A stretch of DNA of 56,023 bases, from positions 77,477,543-77,533,565 of the forward strand of contig NC_068989.1 of the NCBI RefSeq assembly GCF_001194135.2, written 5' to 3'. The stretch is from Octopus bimaculoides. Its lineage: Eukaryota. Each line of letters starts with the position of its first letter. Within the stretch, counting starts at the first letter, position 1. This document shows positions 1-13,636 of this stretch, in pieces. The position numbers were made by a program, and so were the translations under genes. Below the pieces are notes generated by a model. That model worked only from the letters and a program-made list of their open reading frames with translations, searched no databases and was not told the origin of the DNA.

Positions 1-320
1 GGACGACACTGCATAGTGCCAAAGATCCCAGCAATGCCATCGCGCTTCAGGGGTCCACAGCTTTTTAATATTCTCCCAAAGAGCCTGAGGAATCTGCACA
101 AAGTAGATGTAGGAATTTTTAAATCGAAGCTGGACCTCTTCCTATCGAGAGTCCCAGATGAACCTACCTCGCGGCAGGAGGTGCAAATGAGGGTTGCCAA
201 ATCAAACTCCATTCTTCACCAAGTGCCACATATTGTAAGAGGCTCCCTGTAATAACAGTGTAGCAACACGGTGGTGCATCAGCATGGCCGCAGCTCTAAG
301 CTGAAACTTTAAAAAATAAT
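1..320 (+). mobile_element. 3' end of a CR1/L2-group non-LTR retrotransposon (ORF2 C-terminus plus 3' UTR)
   Basis: ORF 16..252 reads GPQLFNILPKSLRNL..FKSKLDLFLSRVPDEP..SNSILHQ, matching the GP.LFN.LP..R...FK..LD.FL..VPDEP pattern typical of CR1-group ORF2 ends. It is followed by the tail GGTGCATCAGCATGGCCGCAGCTCTAAGCTGAAAC and an A/T-rich end. Confidence 0.8.
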
Positions 321-562
321 ATATATATATATATAAATTTATCTACATATATATATGTGTGTATGTGTGTGTGGATGTATGTGTGTGCATGTATGTGTGT
401 ATGAATGTGTGTACCCGTGTTTTCTGATCCTTCAGTACTCCGAGTTTCCTGTTAATATCACGTTCGGTCAGGTTCGTGACAGAAACGGGAAATCTACAGA
501 AACGACAGATTGACGTTTGGTACTTTTTACTCTTTCGGTGTTAAATGGAAACGCATATGTAC

Positions 563-569
<7 letters not shown>

Positions 570-617
<48 letters not shown>

Positions 618-627
618 NNNNNNNNNN

Positions 628-676
<49 letters not shown>

Positions 677-715
677 TGTATGTGTCTGTGTGCGTGTGTG
701 TGTGTGTGTCTGTGT
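570..715. repeat. (TG)n microsatellite interrupted by a 10-N gap
   Basis: Direct reading; representative of dozens of (CA/TG)n, (TA)n and (TATC)n tracts in the window. Confidence 0.95.
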
Positions 716-1228
716 GCGTGTAGTATGCTCGCTTTGTATATACGTATATACATATAAAAAAGGCGTATTTAGACAAACCCACACGAAGTCCAACATAAAC
801 ATATTTGTTCTCTTTGTCAACGTTTCGTATCACATACATACATACACACTCACATGCATATATACACTCACACACATAAAGGCAACAACACGCTTAGACC
901 CGCAGACAAATACACACCTACACATTTACACATAAATATACACTCCAACACACAGACACATGCTTATACATAATCTCATACGTGCATAGAAAGCCACATG
1001 CAACCCATGAATAGCGCATTACAACACACACAGACACACACATGCGCACTTACTCATACTTTCTCGCCATCTCCTACGTACTTATAGACCTACGAGTACA
1101 TCTTCAGAAGGTAGCGAGGTCCCCATTTTTTTCCACTATACTTTCAAAGAACAGAAGAAAACATTTAGCGTTCTCTCTGTGTTGTAAAATAAAACAAAAA
1201 CAAAAGAAAATATTTACATACATACATA

Positions 1229-1260
<32 letters not shown>

Positions 1261-1310
1261 GACACACATATATAGTNNNNNNNNNNNNNNNNNNNNNNNN
1301 NNNNNNNNNN

Positions 1311-1393
<83 letters not shown>

Positions 1394-1663
1394 GTGTGTG
1401 TGTATGTGTGTATGTGTGTATGTGTGTATGTAGAAGGTTGAAGGGAAGGAATCTCACTAGCATGTTATTTCAGGAAATGAATTTATCGGCAATTTAAAGA
1501 GAGTGAAAAACGAACATTAAAAATATATAGACAAGTGATGAACCTTACAAGTAATAAACGTTAATAGTAATTCTTGAAAGATTGCCTCTAACCTGGGGAA
1601 GTGTTGACGTTAATGGTGTGTTGAAAAGAGAATTGAACAACAGTGTACGTTTGCATCTGTTCA

Positions 1664-1664
1664 C

Positions 1665-1710
<46 letters not shown>

Positions 1711-1810
1711 GTCTGTCTGTCTGTCTGTCTGTCTATGTGTCTGTCCGTCTATCTATATATCTGTCTGTCTAACTGATTGTCTGTCTATCGGTCCATCTGT
1801 TTGTCTGTCT
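1664..1810. repeat. compound (CTAT)n/(CTGT)n tetranucleotide microsatellite
   Basis: Direct reading. Confidence 0.9.
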
Positions 1811-1854
1811 ATCTTGCATAAATAAAAGAAATTTTATTTAACAAATTGTGACAC

Positions 1855-2112
1855 TAAGGACCGAGGTTACCGTGGTCTTTTCGTAGGTTTTTCTTTCCAC
1901 GGATAACCTCCCCATTTATTGGGAATTTTCTGTATTATTTCGTATTTTTTTTTGTAAATACCCCAAACGTTTCGCGATGTTTTTTTTTCATCGTTGTCCC
2001 CACTTTTGTTTTCTTCTGCTTTATTTTTCGCCTCCCACCCTCGAAAAGAAAAACTCTACATTTGTATTTTGTCCCCTCTGTGTTGAGCCCTGTGTAGCTA
2101 ATAAAGAAACAT
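1855..2112 (+). repeat. unclassified interspersed repeat, probable non-LTR retroelement 3' UTR
   Basis: Ends in TTTGTCCCCTCTGTGTTGAGCCCTGTGTAGCTAATAAAGAAACA followed by (TATC)n; this end resembles the tail of the SINE at 2561-2749. Confidence 0.4.
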
Positions 2113-2138
2113 ATCTATCTATCTATCTACCTACCTAC

Positions 2139-2182
<44 letters not shown>

Positions 2183-2342
2183 TTATCTATCTCTCGCGCA
2201 CATCCTATCTCTGTGTATATAGATACCTGCGTAGTAGACTTCTGGCATTCAGTAGTAAGCAACTGAAAAGGTCATACTTTGCTTGAATTACACTTACAAT
2301 CCACTAGAGCGTTTCTCTAACATTACCATTCACATACTTTCA

Positions 2343-2550
<208 letters not shown>

Positions 2551-2560
2551 NNNNNNNNNN

Positions 2561-2743
2561 TAGCGGTATTTCCTCTGCCGCTACGTTCTGAGTTCAAATT
2601 CCGCCGAGGTCGACTTTGCCTTTCATCCTTTCGGGGTCGATTAAATAAGTACTAGTTACGCACTGGGGTCGGTATAATCGACTTAATCCGTTTGTCTGTC
2701 CTTGTTTGTCGACTCTGTGTATAGCCCCTTGTGGGTAGTAAAG

Positions 2744-2749
<6 letters not shown>
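2561..2749 (+). mobile_element. SINE family A copy with an alternative tail (5' end lost in gap)
   Basis: B-box-like GTTCAAATTCC plus the body GTCGACTTTGCCTTTCATCCTTTCGGGGTCGAT..AAGTAC, then a tail different from the other A copies. Confidence 0.85.
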
Positions 2750-2785
<36 letters not shown>

Positions 2786-3759
2786 TGCACACTCACAGTT
2801 ACACAACGGGCATTCTGCACAGTTGTCGTCCACCAAATTTACTCACAAGACTCTGATCGTCTCGAGGCCGTAGTGGAAGACACCGACGTAGCGATGCAGC
2901 CACGGATCCAGAAACCACCTTCTTTCAAAGATAACATCTTAACCAAACTGACATAACGAAACAGACACGTCTGCGTTTATATTGTTAATTTTTGCAATCT
3001 GTTCTTTCTTGTTTATTGTAAAGTCTAGATTACTCCTAACGCGTTTACATATTACAATTTTATCCCAGTCTATCAGATCCTGTAAAGCTGATTAAAGATT
3101 TTTAAGTAGACTTTTGTTGTGTTTATATCATTATTCATTGTTTTACCTGAATAATTCGCACAGTTTATCATCAATGTTATCATACTTTTAACACTATTAG
3201 TCTCAAAGGACCAATAGCGTAACTCGAGTTAACTTGTCGCCATTTTAGTATTATTTTCCTTTTAACTGGAAGTGTTGATGAAATTAAGAATTGTAATTTG
3301 ATCTGGGTTGCGTGTGTGGGGAGGGAGGTTGCTAAAGCTGCTTTACCGAGACTTCTATGTGTTCATATAATCGACGATGTAGTAAGACTATATAATAATA
3401 GCCAAATAAATATGGATGACTAGATTTCTAATTTTATTTTCCTAGCCGGGAAATGTGAGTGAAGGTATGCGTGTGTGTGTGTGTGTGTGTGTGTATACGC
3501 ACGCGTGCCTGTATGTATGTATGTATGTATGTATGCATGAATAATGGACAACTTGTCATGCAGGTGTAACCGTTTAAATTAAGAGAAAATCTAGAAGCTT
3601 TACTTCTGTCACAGAAAAGAGAATGAGTATATTATTGTTTTTATCCATATCTATATATGTCATATTTGATTTGTCATCTTCACTTTGATGACAAAATTGG
3701 AACAACAGAAAAAATATTTATTGTCACTTACTCCGTTCTATATGAGTGTGTGAGATAGG

Positions 3760-3968
3760 GTTGCAATGTTCCTGCCGTTGGGTAAAAGAAAATACAGGAG
3801 AATCAATTAATTATGATATTATTCAACATATTCCACTCTCAGATTCACACACTTCTTGCAGCAGTTCTTCAGATTTTCTAAGCACTATACAAGAACTCGG
3901 AAGTTTTGGGCCTCCAACCAGGCCATTCACAACATCCTTAACGCCAGGAACTTCTCATGATCCCCTCC
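3760..3968 (-). mobile_element. mariner-derived MITE (degenerate)
   Basis: Homologous in reverse to 40798-41015; right end GCCAGGAACTTCTCATGATCCCCTCC followed by TA. Confidence 0.75.
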
Positions 3969-4321
3969 TATGTATGTACGTGTATACACACACAAACACA
4001 CACACACACACACACACACGCACATATTTTCTATCATATTTTCTGTCATATTCGAGGCTGGCCAAATTCCATAAATACTTAATATTCAATTTTATTTATT
4101 CATTCCAATTATGAATGTTTAATAATTGAACGTTGTGAGTTAAAATGTTTTCTTTCAGTATTTGTCTGTTTATTAGTGAAGTCTCATATAAAATAATATT
4201 TCGTTTTGATCCTGGAATCATATGGGTTTGATTTACTGTCAGTTGACTATTGCCCAACCCTGTATGTAACGAGGAATTTATCAGCTTCATGACACCAAGA
4301 GGCAATATATCTGAAAATGTA

Positions 4322-4369
<48 letters not shown>

Positions 4370-4399
4370 NNNNNNNNNNNNNNNNNNNNNNNNNNNNNN

Positions 4400-4440
<41 letters not shown>

Positions 4441-4447
4441 TGTGAGT

Positions 4448-4489
<42 letters not shown>

Positions 4490-5723
4490 GTGCATACATA
4501 CATACATACATACATACATAAATGTCTATCTCGAATTTGTTGCATTAATCAAAGTGTAAATTAGAACAATTATGTATATTAATAAAAGCGAATTTCTATT
4601 TGTCTGTCTAAGACCCCCGTATCTCAGCCTACATTTACTCTACATAGACATATTATAACTTTCTGGAATCAGGATGATCCCGAAATTGAAAATTTTCCCT
4701 TCAATTAGTTCTTGAGCATAGGGCATTGGGTTCCGATTTAAAAACATTTGGGTTGCTATTTCTAGCAGGTAAGGCTTGGATGATTCACGCCATCTTGCTT
4801 GGCGTTTGTTAGAAGACGTCAGAGTTCAAGGGGGAGATAAATGACATACGTTTCATTAATAAGAACTTCGAAATAAGAACTTTGAGACAAATTGGCTAAA
4901 AGCTGGAATTTAACATGGGACTCGAACAATAGAATGATTGCATTATCGAATTAATTCTCATCCGTCCTTAACCTCTGATCAAACACCACCCGAGCATATA
5001 GCTATTATAGACGTATTATAGTCATGCTATGTAGCTTTCTTTAGTTTGGAGCTGCAGGCTCTGTTAGCCGTCTGCTGGAGCAATTATAAAGTCCGCATGG
5101 AGAGCGGCTTTTAAGCTAGTAAACAACAAAGATGTGTTATCAAAGATTTATTTAGCTTACACGCATTTTATATAGCCTGGTAAGTTCCAACTGTTTCACA
5201 TTGTAAAGCTACAAAAGTATTCTGACATTGAAACGACTACAATGGCACATAATTCCACTATTTCTGCGGCGGCATTTTCGTCCATGAACTAAACGATCAA
5301 TTATTAAATATGCATATTGCAGTCTGCAACGTTTGGAGTATGCCAGAATATTTGAGATGAGTATAAACTAAAAGAAAACTGTGATAATGCATATGCATTC
5401 CATGTTGTTTATATATATATATATATTTGTATGTGTAACGTAACAGTTTAGAAAAAAAAACCATTGGTTTCATGCCTAGCGTGAGCTAGACATCTCTTCA
5501 GTTTCTCTTAACGATAACTGTTCCCTACAAAGAATGCTGGTGAACGCTGGTGAAAGTTTAAGAAATATTCCTCTTTAAAAATTATAGCTGGGTGAGTTGT
5601 CTTCCTTCGCTTCATAGCTAGGTTTTCCAATTTTGAAGTAAAAATTTCCGAAACTTTATATATGTTATATATTATATATATATATATATATATGTGCACA
5701 CACATGCATATATATAAACACAC

Positions 5724-5788
<65 letters not shown>

Positions 5789-5951
5789 NNNNNNNNNNNN
5801 NNNNNNNNNNNNNNNNNNNNNNNNNNNNNNNNNNNNNNNNNNNNNNNNNNNNNNNNNNNNNNNNNNNNNNNNNNNNNNNNNNNNNNNNNNNNNNNNNNNN
5901 NNNNNNNNNNNNNNNNNNNNNNNNNNNNNNNNNNNNNNNNNNNNNNNNNNN

Positions 5952-5984
<33 letters not shown>

Positions 5985-8544
5985 CATACGCGTGCATGTG
6001 CACAAATTCAGAAGTTTGTGGAAGCGAGTATGTTAAATTGATAATATATGGCCGCGCAGAATTTTGTCTATGCTTGCCGAAAATAATGTACGTGCACAAA
6101 AAATATGCAATTTCATTTTGCGAAGATCAAGGGATTGAAGAACCAGAATTGTTTTCAGAACTGAAAAGAAAGCACTCTTTTCAGACTCACTTGTGCACGC
6201 ACACCGTCATGATGCATGTGTGTGTGAGTTAGTGAGGGCCTGTGTGCGTGTGTGTGTGTTTGTGTGCGAACGTGTGTGCATGTAGTCACACAAGTGGAAA
6301 TATGCGCAAAGACACGAAGCAATTATTATTTCGTAGAAGCTTGCTTGCTTGGATCATTTCTCTATCGGTTACTTTTGATGTTATTAGCTAGATACAATTC
6401 TACTGAAGATATAACCTCGATTTCTCAGAGAAAAAGAAACCATCACACATTGCTAGCAATGCAAAGAAGAAAAACTAAAATGACGAGGGGCTAGGGCTTT
6501 GATCACGCAAATCTTCAAGGTTCTTAAATTTTGTTGAGATATCCTTTCTGGAAGGTTGTATTTGTTTTGCCGACATTGGTTTATATTTTATTGCAATTGT
6601 TTGTCATTTATTTTCCTTTTAGATTGGTGATGAATGTTGTTGTTGCTGTTTTAATGTTGCTGTTGGTTTTTGCTGTTCTTATTTCACGTCAGATAATAGA
6701 AAGTAAATTTGGTACAGATAACAAAAACCAAAATGAAGTATCTCTTAGATGAAAATAATATATATATATATTTTTTTTGTTTTTTTTTATTTATTTTTTT
6801 TTCCTTTAACAGATACCTCAAGAATGAAATCGAGGAAAAGATGTAGATAGAGTGAAAAACCGAAACAGAGAGATATGAGCTACATGTTTAGGAGGAGAGA
6901 GGGAGAGTTAAAGAGAAATAATCCGATGGTGAGAAGGATTCAAAGATAAACAGAGAGAGAGAGAGTGACATATCGACAGAGACAGAGACAGAGTGACAGA
7001 CAGGGTGATATATGTGTATCTATATATGTGTATGTATGATTGAACCCGTATGAGTGAGCTTCCTTTATACATGCATTTTATACATACACACACACACATA
7101 TGTATTTGTGCATATGTGTTTATGTGTGTGTGTGTGTGTGTGTGTGCGTGTATATATATATGTANNNNNNNNNNNNNNNNNNNNNNNNNNNNNNNNNNNN
7201 NNNNNNNNNNNNNNNNNNNNNNNNNNNNNNNNNNNNNNNNNNNNNNNNNNNNNNNNNNNNNNNNNNNNNNNNNNNNNNNNNNNNNNNNNNNNNNNNNNNN
7301 NNNNNNNNNNNNNNNNNNNNNNNNNNNNNNNNNNNNNNNNNNNNNNNNNNNNNNNNNNNNNNNNNNNNNNNNNNNNNNNNNNNNNNNNNNNNNNNNNNNN
7401 NNNNNNNNNNNNNNNNNNNNNNNNNNNNNNNNNNNNNNNNNNNNNNNNNNNNNNNNNNNNNNNNNNNNNNNNNNNNNNNNNNNNNNNNNNNNNNNNNNNN
7501 NNNNNNNNNNNNNNNNNNNNNNNNNNNNNNNNNNNNNNNNNNNNNNNNNNNNNNNNNNAAAGACTACCCCGCCATGATTCTTCGCATAAATGAGTGTGCG
7601 GCTGGGTTTGCGTGTGCGTGTCTGTTTCAGTGTAAGTATGCATGTATGTACGTATGTATGTGTGTGTATGTAAGCATGTATGTATGACTGTGAGCATGTA
7701 TGTATGTACGTATGTACGTACGTACCTACGTATGAACGTACTCATGTATACATGTATGTACATATGTGTATGATTGTAACTATGTATGTACCTATGTATG
7801 TACCTACGTATGTATGCATGTATGTATGTGTATGTGTGTGTATGTATGTATATATGTGTGTGTATGTATGCATGTGTGTATGCATGTACGCATGTGAGCA
7901 TTTATGTTATTATTCGGTTTCATTTCAAGATTCCTTGCCAATAGAGAAAGAGCCGGTTTCTAGCCTACATCCAAGGCTCTTTCATTAACAAGGTTTCCAT
8001 GTATATATGTATGCATCTATGTTTGCATGCATGCATGTATGTATGTATGTATGTATGTATGTACGTACGTGTGTATGATAGTGTAGGTGTATTAACAATC
8101 TGTTCTGTAAATTTGTAAACACTGAAGATAGTATCATATTCTTAATAACTGTTTCTTGTACGTTTCCTAACATTTTTTTATTTTTACTATGACAAAAAGA
8201 TCAAAACTGCTGGAATCATTTAATATTCTTTATACTGCTCTTTCCTTTTTTCCCAATCCAGCTAAAAATGTTAGATATGCTTTAAAAAATGACAAAAATG
8301 AATATATATTCTCAGTAAAAATAAATCCGCAGAATATTATTTCATATAAAAGTTATTTATCTCTTACGACACTCTATTATGATATAGAGTGTGACATTTG
8401 TATGCAATTGAATTGCCGGCGTTCCATGATTTTTTTTTCTGATCGTATTTTTGTGTGAGTTTATGTAATGTATGCGAATATATACCTACACAGAGATACA
8501 TATATATGAATGCATGGGTTATACGTCTTTCTTTCTGTGCGTAT

Positions 8545-8595
<51 letters not shown>

Positions 8596-9082
8596 CATTA
8601 TGGATATGTTTGTATATTATATATGTATGTCTGTATATGTGTGTTTGTAAATATAAACATATGTGAGTATAAGTAATAATAATAATAATGGTTTCAAATT
8701 TTGCCACAAGGGCACTCACCCAATTTAGGGGAGGGGTAAGTCGATGACATCAACCCTTGTGTTCAAGCAAACTACTTACCACACACCCACTCGTATAGCA
8801 ACTCCTGCGCTGATAAGGTTGTTTATTTTATTATTTTTGTCAATGTTTTGTTCTCATTGGTCTTCAATCCTATCCTGTCTGCAAGAGTCCTATTTGCAGG
8901 CTTGATGAGTTTATTTGTTCGTGTAACGTGCCTTGCTTCAATGTGTAGTAATACGTTATTGACTTTACTTGTTTCCTAATTTACCCTCCATTGTTCAGCT
9001 TTCTTGAAGTCGCACATAAATTCTGTCTTTTCTACATTCAATAGATCCAAAATCTTGTTTGTTATTAATACCTTCCCTGAGT

Positions 9083-9326
9083 GCCCAAGACTTGTCCATA
9101 CGATGTAAACTTAGTTTTTCAATCTATCATACTTCCCTTCAGAAAACCTGTTAAATTCCTTGTAATAGCAAAAAAAGTAAGCACTCAATGTTCCACGAAT
9201 CATATCATAAGCTTTGCAGGAATCAATCAAGGCTATTTCCAAATTTGTCCTCTTTCACTTACAATCTTGGTTTACCATTTTGTCTATCAATAATTGGTCT
9301 TTGGTACGTCTGCGTCTCCTTTCAGG
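9083..9326 (-). pseudogene. R4/Dong-clade non-LTR retrotransposon reverse transcriptase fragment
   Basis: Minus strand with frameshifts and stops: RRRTKDQLLIDKMVNQDCK*KRTNLEIALIDSCKAYDMI / SWNIECL / FAITRNLTGFLKGSMID*KTKFTSYGQVLG. Matches the recalled TKDQLLIDK..NL..AWIDYKKAYD.VPHSWI pattern of R4-type RTs. Confidence 0.8.
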
Positions 9327-9384
9327 ACATTTTAGTTTCATTGTTAAATGTTGTTATCATCGACAAATGTGTACATTTCTACAG

Positions 9385-9581
9385 CAAAGCAGCTGGAATT
9401 CGAGTGAGGGAGCTGGTCGATTACATCGACCCCAGAAACCAACTGGTACTTAATTCATCGTCGCCGAAAAGATGAAAGGTAAAGTCGACTACGGCAGAAT
9501 GTCAACTCAGAACGTAAATACGAACGAAATTTCACTAAGCATTATACCCGGGGTGCTAATGATTCTGTCACATCGCCGCCT
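9385..9581 (-). mobile_element. SINE family A copy
   Basis: GATGAAAGGTAAAGTCGAC..AACTCAGAACGTAAA..TCGCCGCCT is the reverse complement of the family A head and body. Confidence 0.85.
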
Positions 9582-10399
9582 AAGACAACAACAACAACAA
9601 CAAGTAGGAATGCATATGTATGATAACTACACGTATGAAGAGTCATTAAAAACATTTTATGTTATTGACATCAAATGTATGAAAATCAACGTAAACTTTG
9701 CCGGAATTTGAAGTCAGAAATAAATAATAGGACAAGAAATTTCGTCCTTTGCTCTAACGATTCTGATAATTTGTCACTCATATATTAAAAATTAAGTTGA
9801 CAGTTAATTGTTTGTTTATTATATGACGTCAGATACGCATTCATAAGTGAACGTGTGTGAGTGTGTGTGTGTGTGTATGCTGCGTCAGTGTGGGTGTGTT
9901 GGCGCGTGTGTTAAGTTCTTTTTCATTACACATTAACATCAGATATGCAATGAAAACTCTTACTGTCATATCTAAGAAAATAGTTGTTTTTGTTGTCTCT
10001 ATCTTCGAAATGACAAGACATCTAAATCTAATTACCTGAGATACAAAAAAAAAAAACAAAAAAAACGAAAAGGGAGTTTTCATACAGACGTCATAAAACT
10101 GAAGGAAAAATTGTAATTTGGAGAGATACTTAAACATAATAAAATTTTGAAGGCCAGTCATTATTTAACTCAAGATATTTCAGTTGACGTTCCCAGCAGG
10201 GGTTGATCAAATCTGAGCTTACTGCGATGAAAGCTGGGACTTTGTCTACCTTGGCAGGATAGTGTGGGCGAGAGGGTCTCATGCTGAAAGCCCCAAAACC
10301 ACATAAACCCCCAGAAACATCCCTGATGATACATTTCGGAGTATCCGAAGGATGTATCTTGGAATTACATCTACTCAAGATGTTTTAGTTAGCATATAT

Positions 10400-10850
10400 C
10401 TTTTATCTTTTATTTGTTTCAGTAATTAGACTGGAGCCATGCTGGGGGCACAGGCTTGAAGAACTTTTAGTCGAATGCCTTGACACTTATACTATTTTTT
10501 AAAAGCTTGTTAGTTATTTTAATTTTCGGTTTTGCCGAACCGCTAAGTAACACACCGAAACCTGTTATCAAGTAACGATGGGTGACAAATTCAGATACAA
10601 ATCACACACATATATATGTATATGTATGTATATATGTATATGTATGTATATATGTATATGTATATGTATATGCATGTATATGTTTATATACGACAGACGT
10701 CTTTGAGTATCCGTCTACCAAATTCACTCACAAGGATTTAGCAGGCGCGAAGCTATAGTAGAAGACACTTGCCTAAGTTGACATCCTGTGGGACTGAACC
10801 CAGAACGATATGGCTGGAAAGTAAACTTCTTACCATACAGCCATACCTGT
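10400..10850 (-). mobile_element. SINE family B copy (tRNA-like head, internal microsatellite, LINE-like tail)
   Basis: Colinear with 55037-55457: tail CCATGCTGGGGGCAC, body GCCGAACCGCTAAGT, internal (TA/TG)n, head GAAGACACTTGCC..GGGACTGAACCC. Confidence 0.85.
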
Positions 10851-11544
10851 GTTTATGCAATGTAAATTACATGTATGTCCTCGTAGAATTCTTACACGAA
10901 CCAATTTTTATATGGTAGGAAAAGAAATGCTATTCCTAAACGGATGATATTCTCCCAAAATTAGTAAATAATGAAAACGTTTATGAACCCAGCAGTCAAG
11001 ACATGCAGAAGAACTTCATATAAAGATTGTGTTGTTATTTTTGTTGTTGTTTAGCACCAACTCAACCTTGAGCGAGCAAGCAATAAGATGCCAATCCAGT
11101 TTTTTCTGGGTTTTTTTTTTTTTCGTTGCGGTATAGTTTGTAGTAGCAAAGAATTATTCATTCTGTTCCTCTGAAGAGGTTAGAATTTTCTTACAGTTTA
11201 TAGCAGATAGAGAAACCACGTTGAGTAGAAAGATCTGCTGACTCACATCGTTCGTATCACAGGCACTTGCACGTCAATAAGAACATATGGAGTCGCATCT
11301 GCGCCGTAGTAAATAATGAATGTTTAATGTTACAAATTCTTAGTAAGCAATTTATTATAAATTACTATCGATTGTAGTCTTCGTCTAACCATTTGTTTCG
11401 TTTATTATATATTACGAACTTTTAGAGACTAATACCTTAGGCATTTCAAATTCACATTGGCTCTGACATTTCTTAAGCGCTAGTTACTATTATAATGAGT
11501 GCGTTTATGTATGTGTGTATGTATGTATGTATGTATGTATGTTT

Positions 11545-11815
11545 CTTTTATTCTTTTATACTTTTAAATGTTGTAGTCATTAGACGGTGGCGTTGCTGGA
11601 GCACCGCCTTGAAAAATGTTAGTCTAACGAATAAATCTTAGTACTTATTTTACCGATTTCTTTTGCCGATCCGCTGGATTAGGAGAACACACACACACAC
11701 ACACACATACACACACACAAATATATATATACATACACACAAAGAGGTTCTTCAGTTTCCGTCTGTGAAATCCATTCACAAAACTTTAGTCGACACGAGA
11801 CTGTAATAGGTGCTA
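11545..11815 (-). mobile_element. SINE family B copy (degenerate, partial)
   Basis: TTGCTGGAGCACCGCC..TTTTGCCGATCCGCT..(CA)n..TTCTTCAGTTTCCGTCT..ATTCACAAAACTTT. Confidence 0.75.
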
Positions 11816-13194
11816 CTACTACTATTTTCATGTTCTTATCACTTGCTCTGGGTGTTGTTTTTTTAATGAATATGATGAGTCTTTATTAGAAATCATTCCT
11901 TCTCTCTTTTTGGACCTCTCAAAAAGTTTGAATTGCTCTCTTTTGAACTTATTTTTTCCTTATATATATATATATATNNNNNNNNNNNNNNNNNNNNNNN
12001 NNNNNNNNNNNNNNNNNNNNNNNNNNNNNNNNNNNNNNNNNNNNNNNNNNNNNNNNNNNNNNNNNNNNNNNNNNNNNNNNNNNNNNNNNNNNNNNNNNNN
12101 NNNNNNNNNNNNNNNNNNNNNNNNNNNNNNNNNNNNNNNNNNNNNNNNNNNNNNNNNNNNNNNNNNNNNNNNNNNNNNNNNNNNNNNNNNNNNNNNNNNN
12201 NNNNNNNNNNNNNNNNNNNNNNNNNNNNNNNNNNNNNNNNNNNNNNNNNNNNNNNNNNNNNNNNNNNNNNNNNNNNNNNNNNNNNNNNNNNNNNNNNNNN
12301 NNNNNNNNNNNNNNNNNNNNNNNNNNNNNNNNNNNNNNNNNNNNNNNNNNNNNNNNNNNNNNNNNNNNNNNNNNNNNNNNNNNNNNNNNNNNNNNNNNNN
12401 NNNNNNNNNNNNNNNNNNNNNNNNNNNNNNNNNNNNNNNNNNNNNNNNNNNNNNNNNNNNNNNNNNNNNNNNNNNNNNNNNNNNNNNNNNNNNNNNNNNN
12501 NNNNNNNNNTTAAACAGAAAGTGTATGGAAGAACTTCGTGTATACATATTTATATATATTTATGAATATTTATTCAAACCTCATACATTACCATTATCTG
12601 ACAGCTGGTGTTAGTGCGCGGACCGGCAAAAGAAACTGATAAAATATGTACTCGGCTTAAAAATAAGTAAATGGTAAATACTAGGGGTAGATTTCGTCGT
12701 CTAAGCAATTCAAGGCGTTGCTTTAGCAGAGCCGCAGTTCAATGTCCAAAATATACACAGGAACGGATAATCGTTTAGGCAATAACCTTGTCTGTCAGTA
12801 AACTTGACTATCAGATATGATCGACATATGTTTGTCTCTTCGTTAATATTTGATGTCCTAGAAGTGAATAAATAATCTATCAGTTGCAAAGGTATTAAGG
12901 TACGCCAAACACTTTCACACAGAACAATGAAGAAAAAAAAAGATCAAAAAGAAAGAGGAAGAGGTGATGTGGTGGCGGCGGCGGTGGCGGCATTGGTTGT
13001 AGTGATGTTGATGAAGATGATGAACAAGAGCAAAGACAAAAAGAAGGAAATTGATGGAAACGAATAAGATGACGACGACCACTATGATGATGATGATGAT
13101 GCGCAAACAAGAGAAGAAGCACCAAGATCAAGAAAAGAGACTAAAATATTGCGACCCATTTTTATATTCCTTCACCAATATAGGCACACTTTCA

Positions 13195-13330
13195 ACTACT
13201 ACTACTGCTACTACTACCACTACTACTATCACTACTACTACTACTTCTATCACTACTTCTGCTGCTGCTGCTNNNNNNNNNNCTACTATCACTACTACTA
13301 CTACTTCTATCACTACTTCTGCTGCTGCTG

Positions 13331-13402
<72 letters not shown>
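13195..13402. repeat. compound (ACT)n/(GCT)n trinucleotide repeat
   Basis: Direct reading; about 50 bp is repeated on both sides of the 10-N gap at 13273-13282. Confidence 0.9.
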
Positions 13403-13403
<1 letters not shown>

Positions 13404-13605
13404 AAGGAAAACAACTACAAGGAAAACAAAACTGCTGTAGACGCTACCTAAACGAGAGTCTAGGTGTACTTTGTCATTAGGTACACAGCTGTTGCTTTAG
13501 AGCCTAACTATTCTCTACTGCTCGGATGACACGGACATAAACTGTGTGCATTAGAATGGAGGCGGAGAAGTAGAGAAAAAGGTTTGAAAATAAGCTATGA
13601 CTCAT

Positions 13606-13636
<31 letters not shown>

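Noticed and set aside
10328-10358. Small hairpin GATACAT-TTCGGA-GTA-TCCGAA-GG-ATGTATC
   Set aside because: Only 13 bp with a bulge and no extension; plausible by chance.
13051-13451. Poly-Thr/Ala and poly-Tyr/Cys ORFs
   Set aside because: Trinucleotide repeat spanning a gap, with no splice or domain support.
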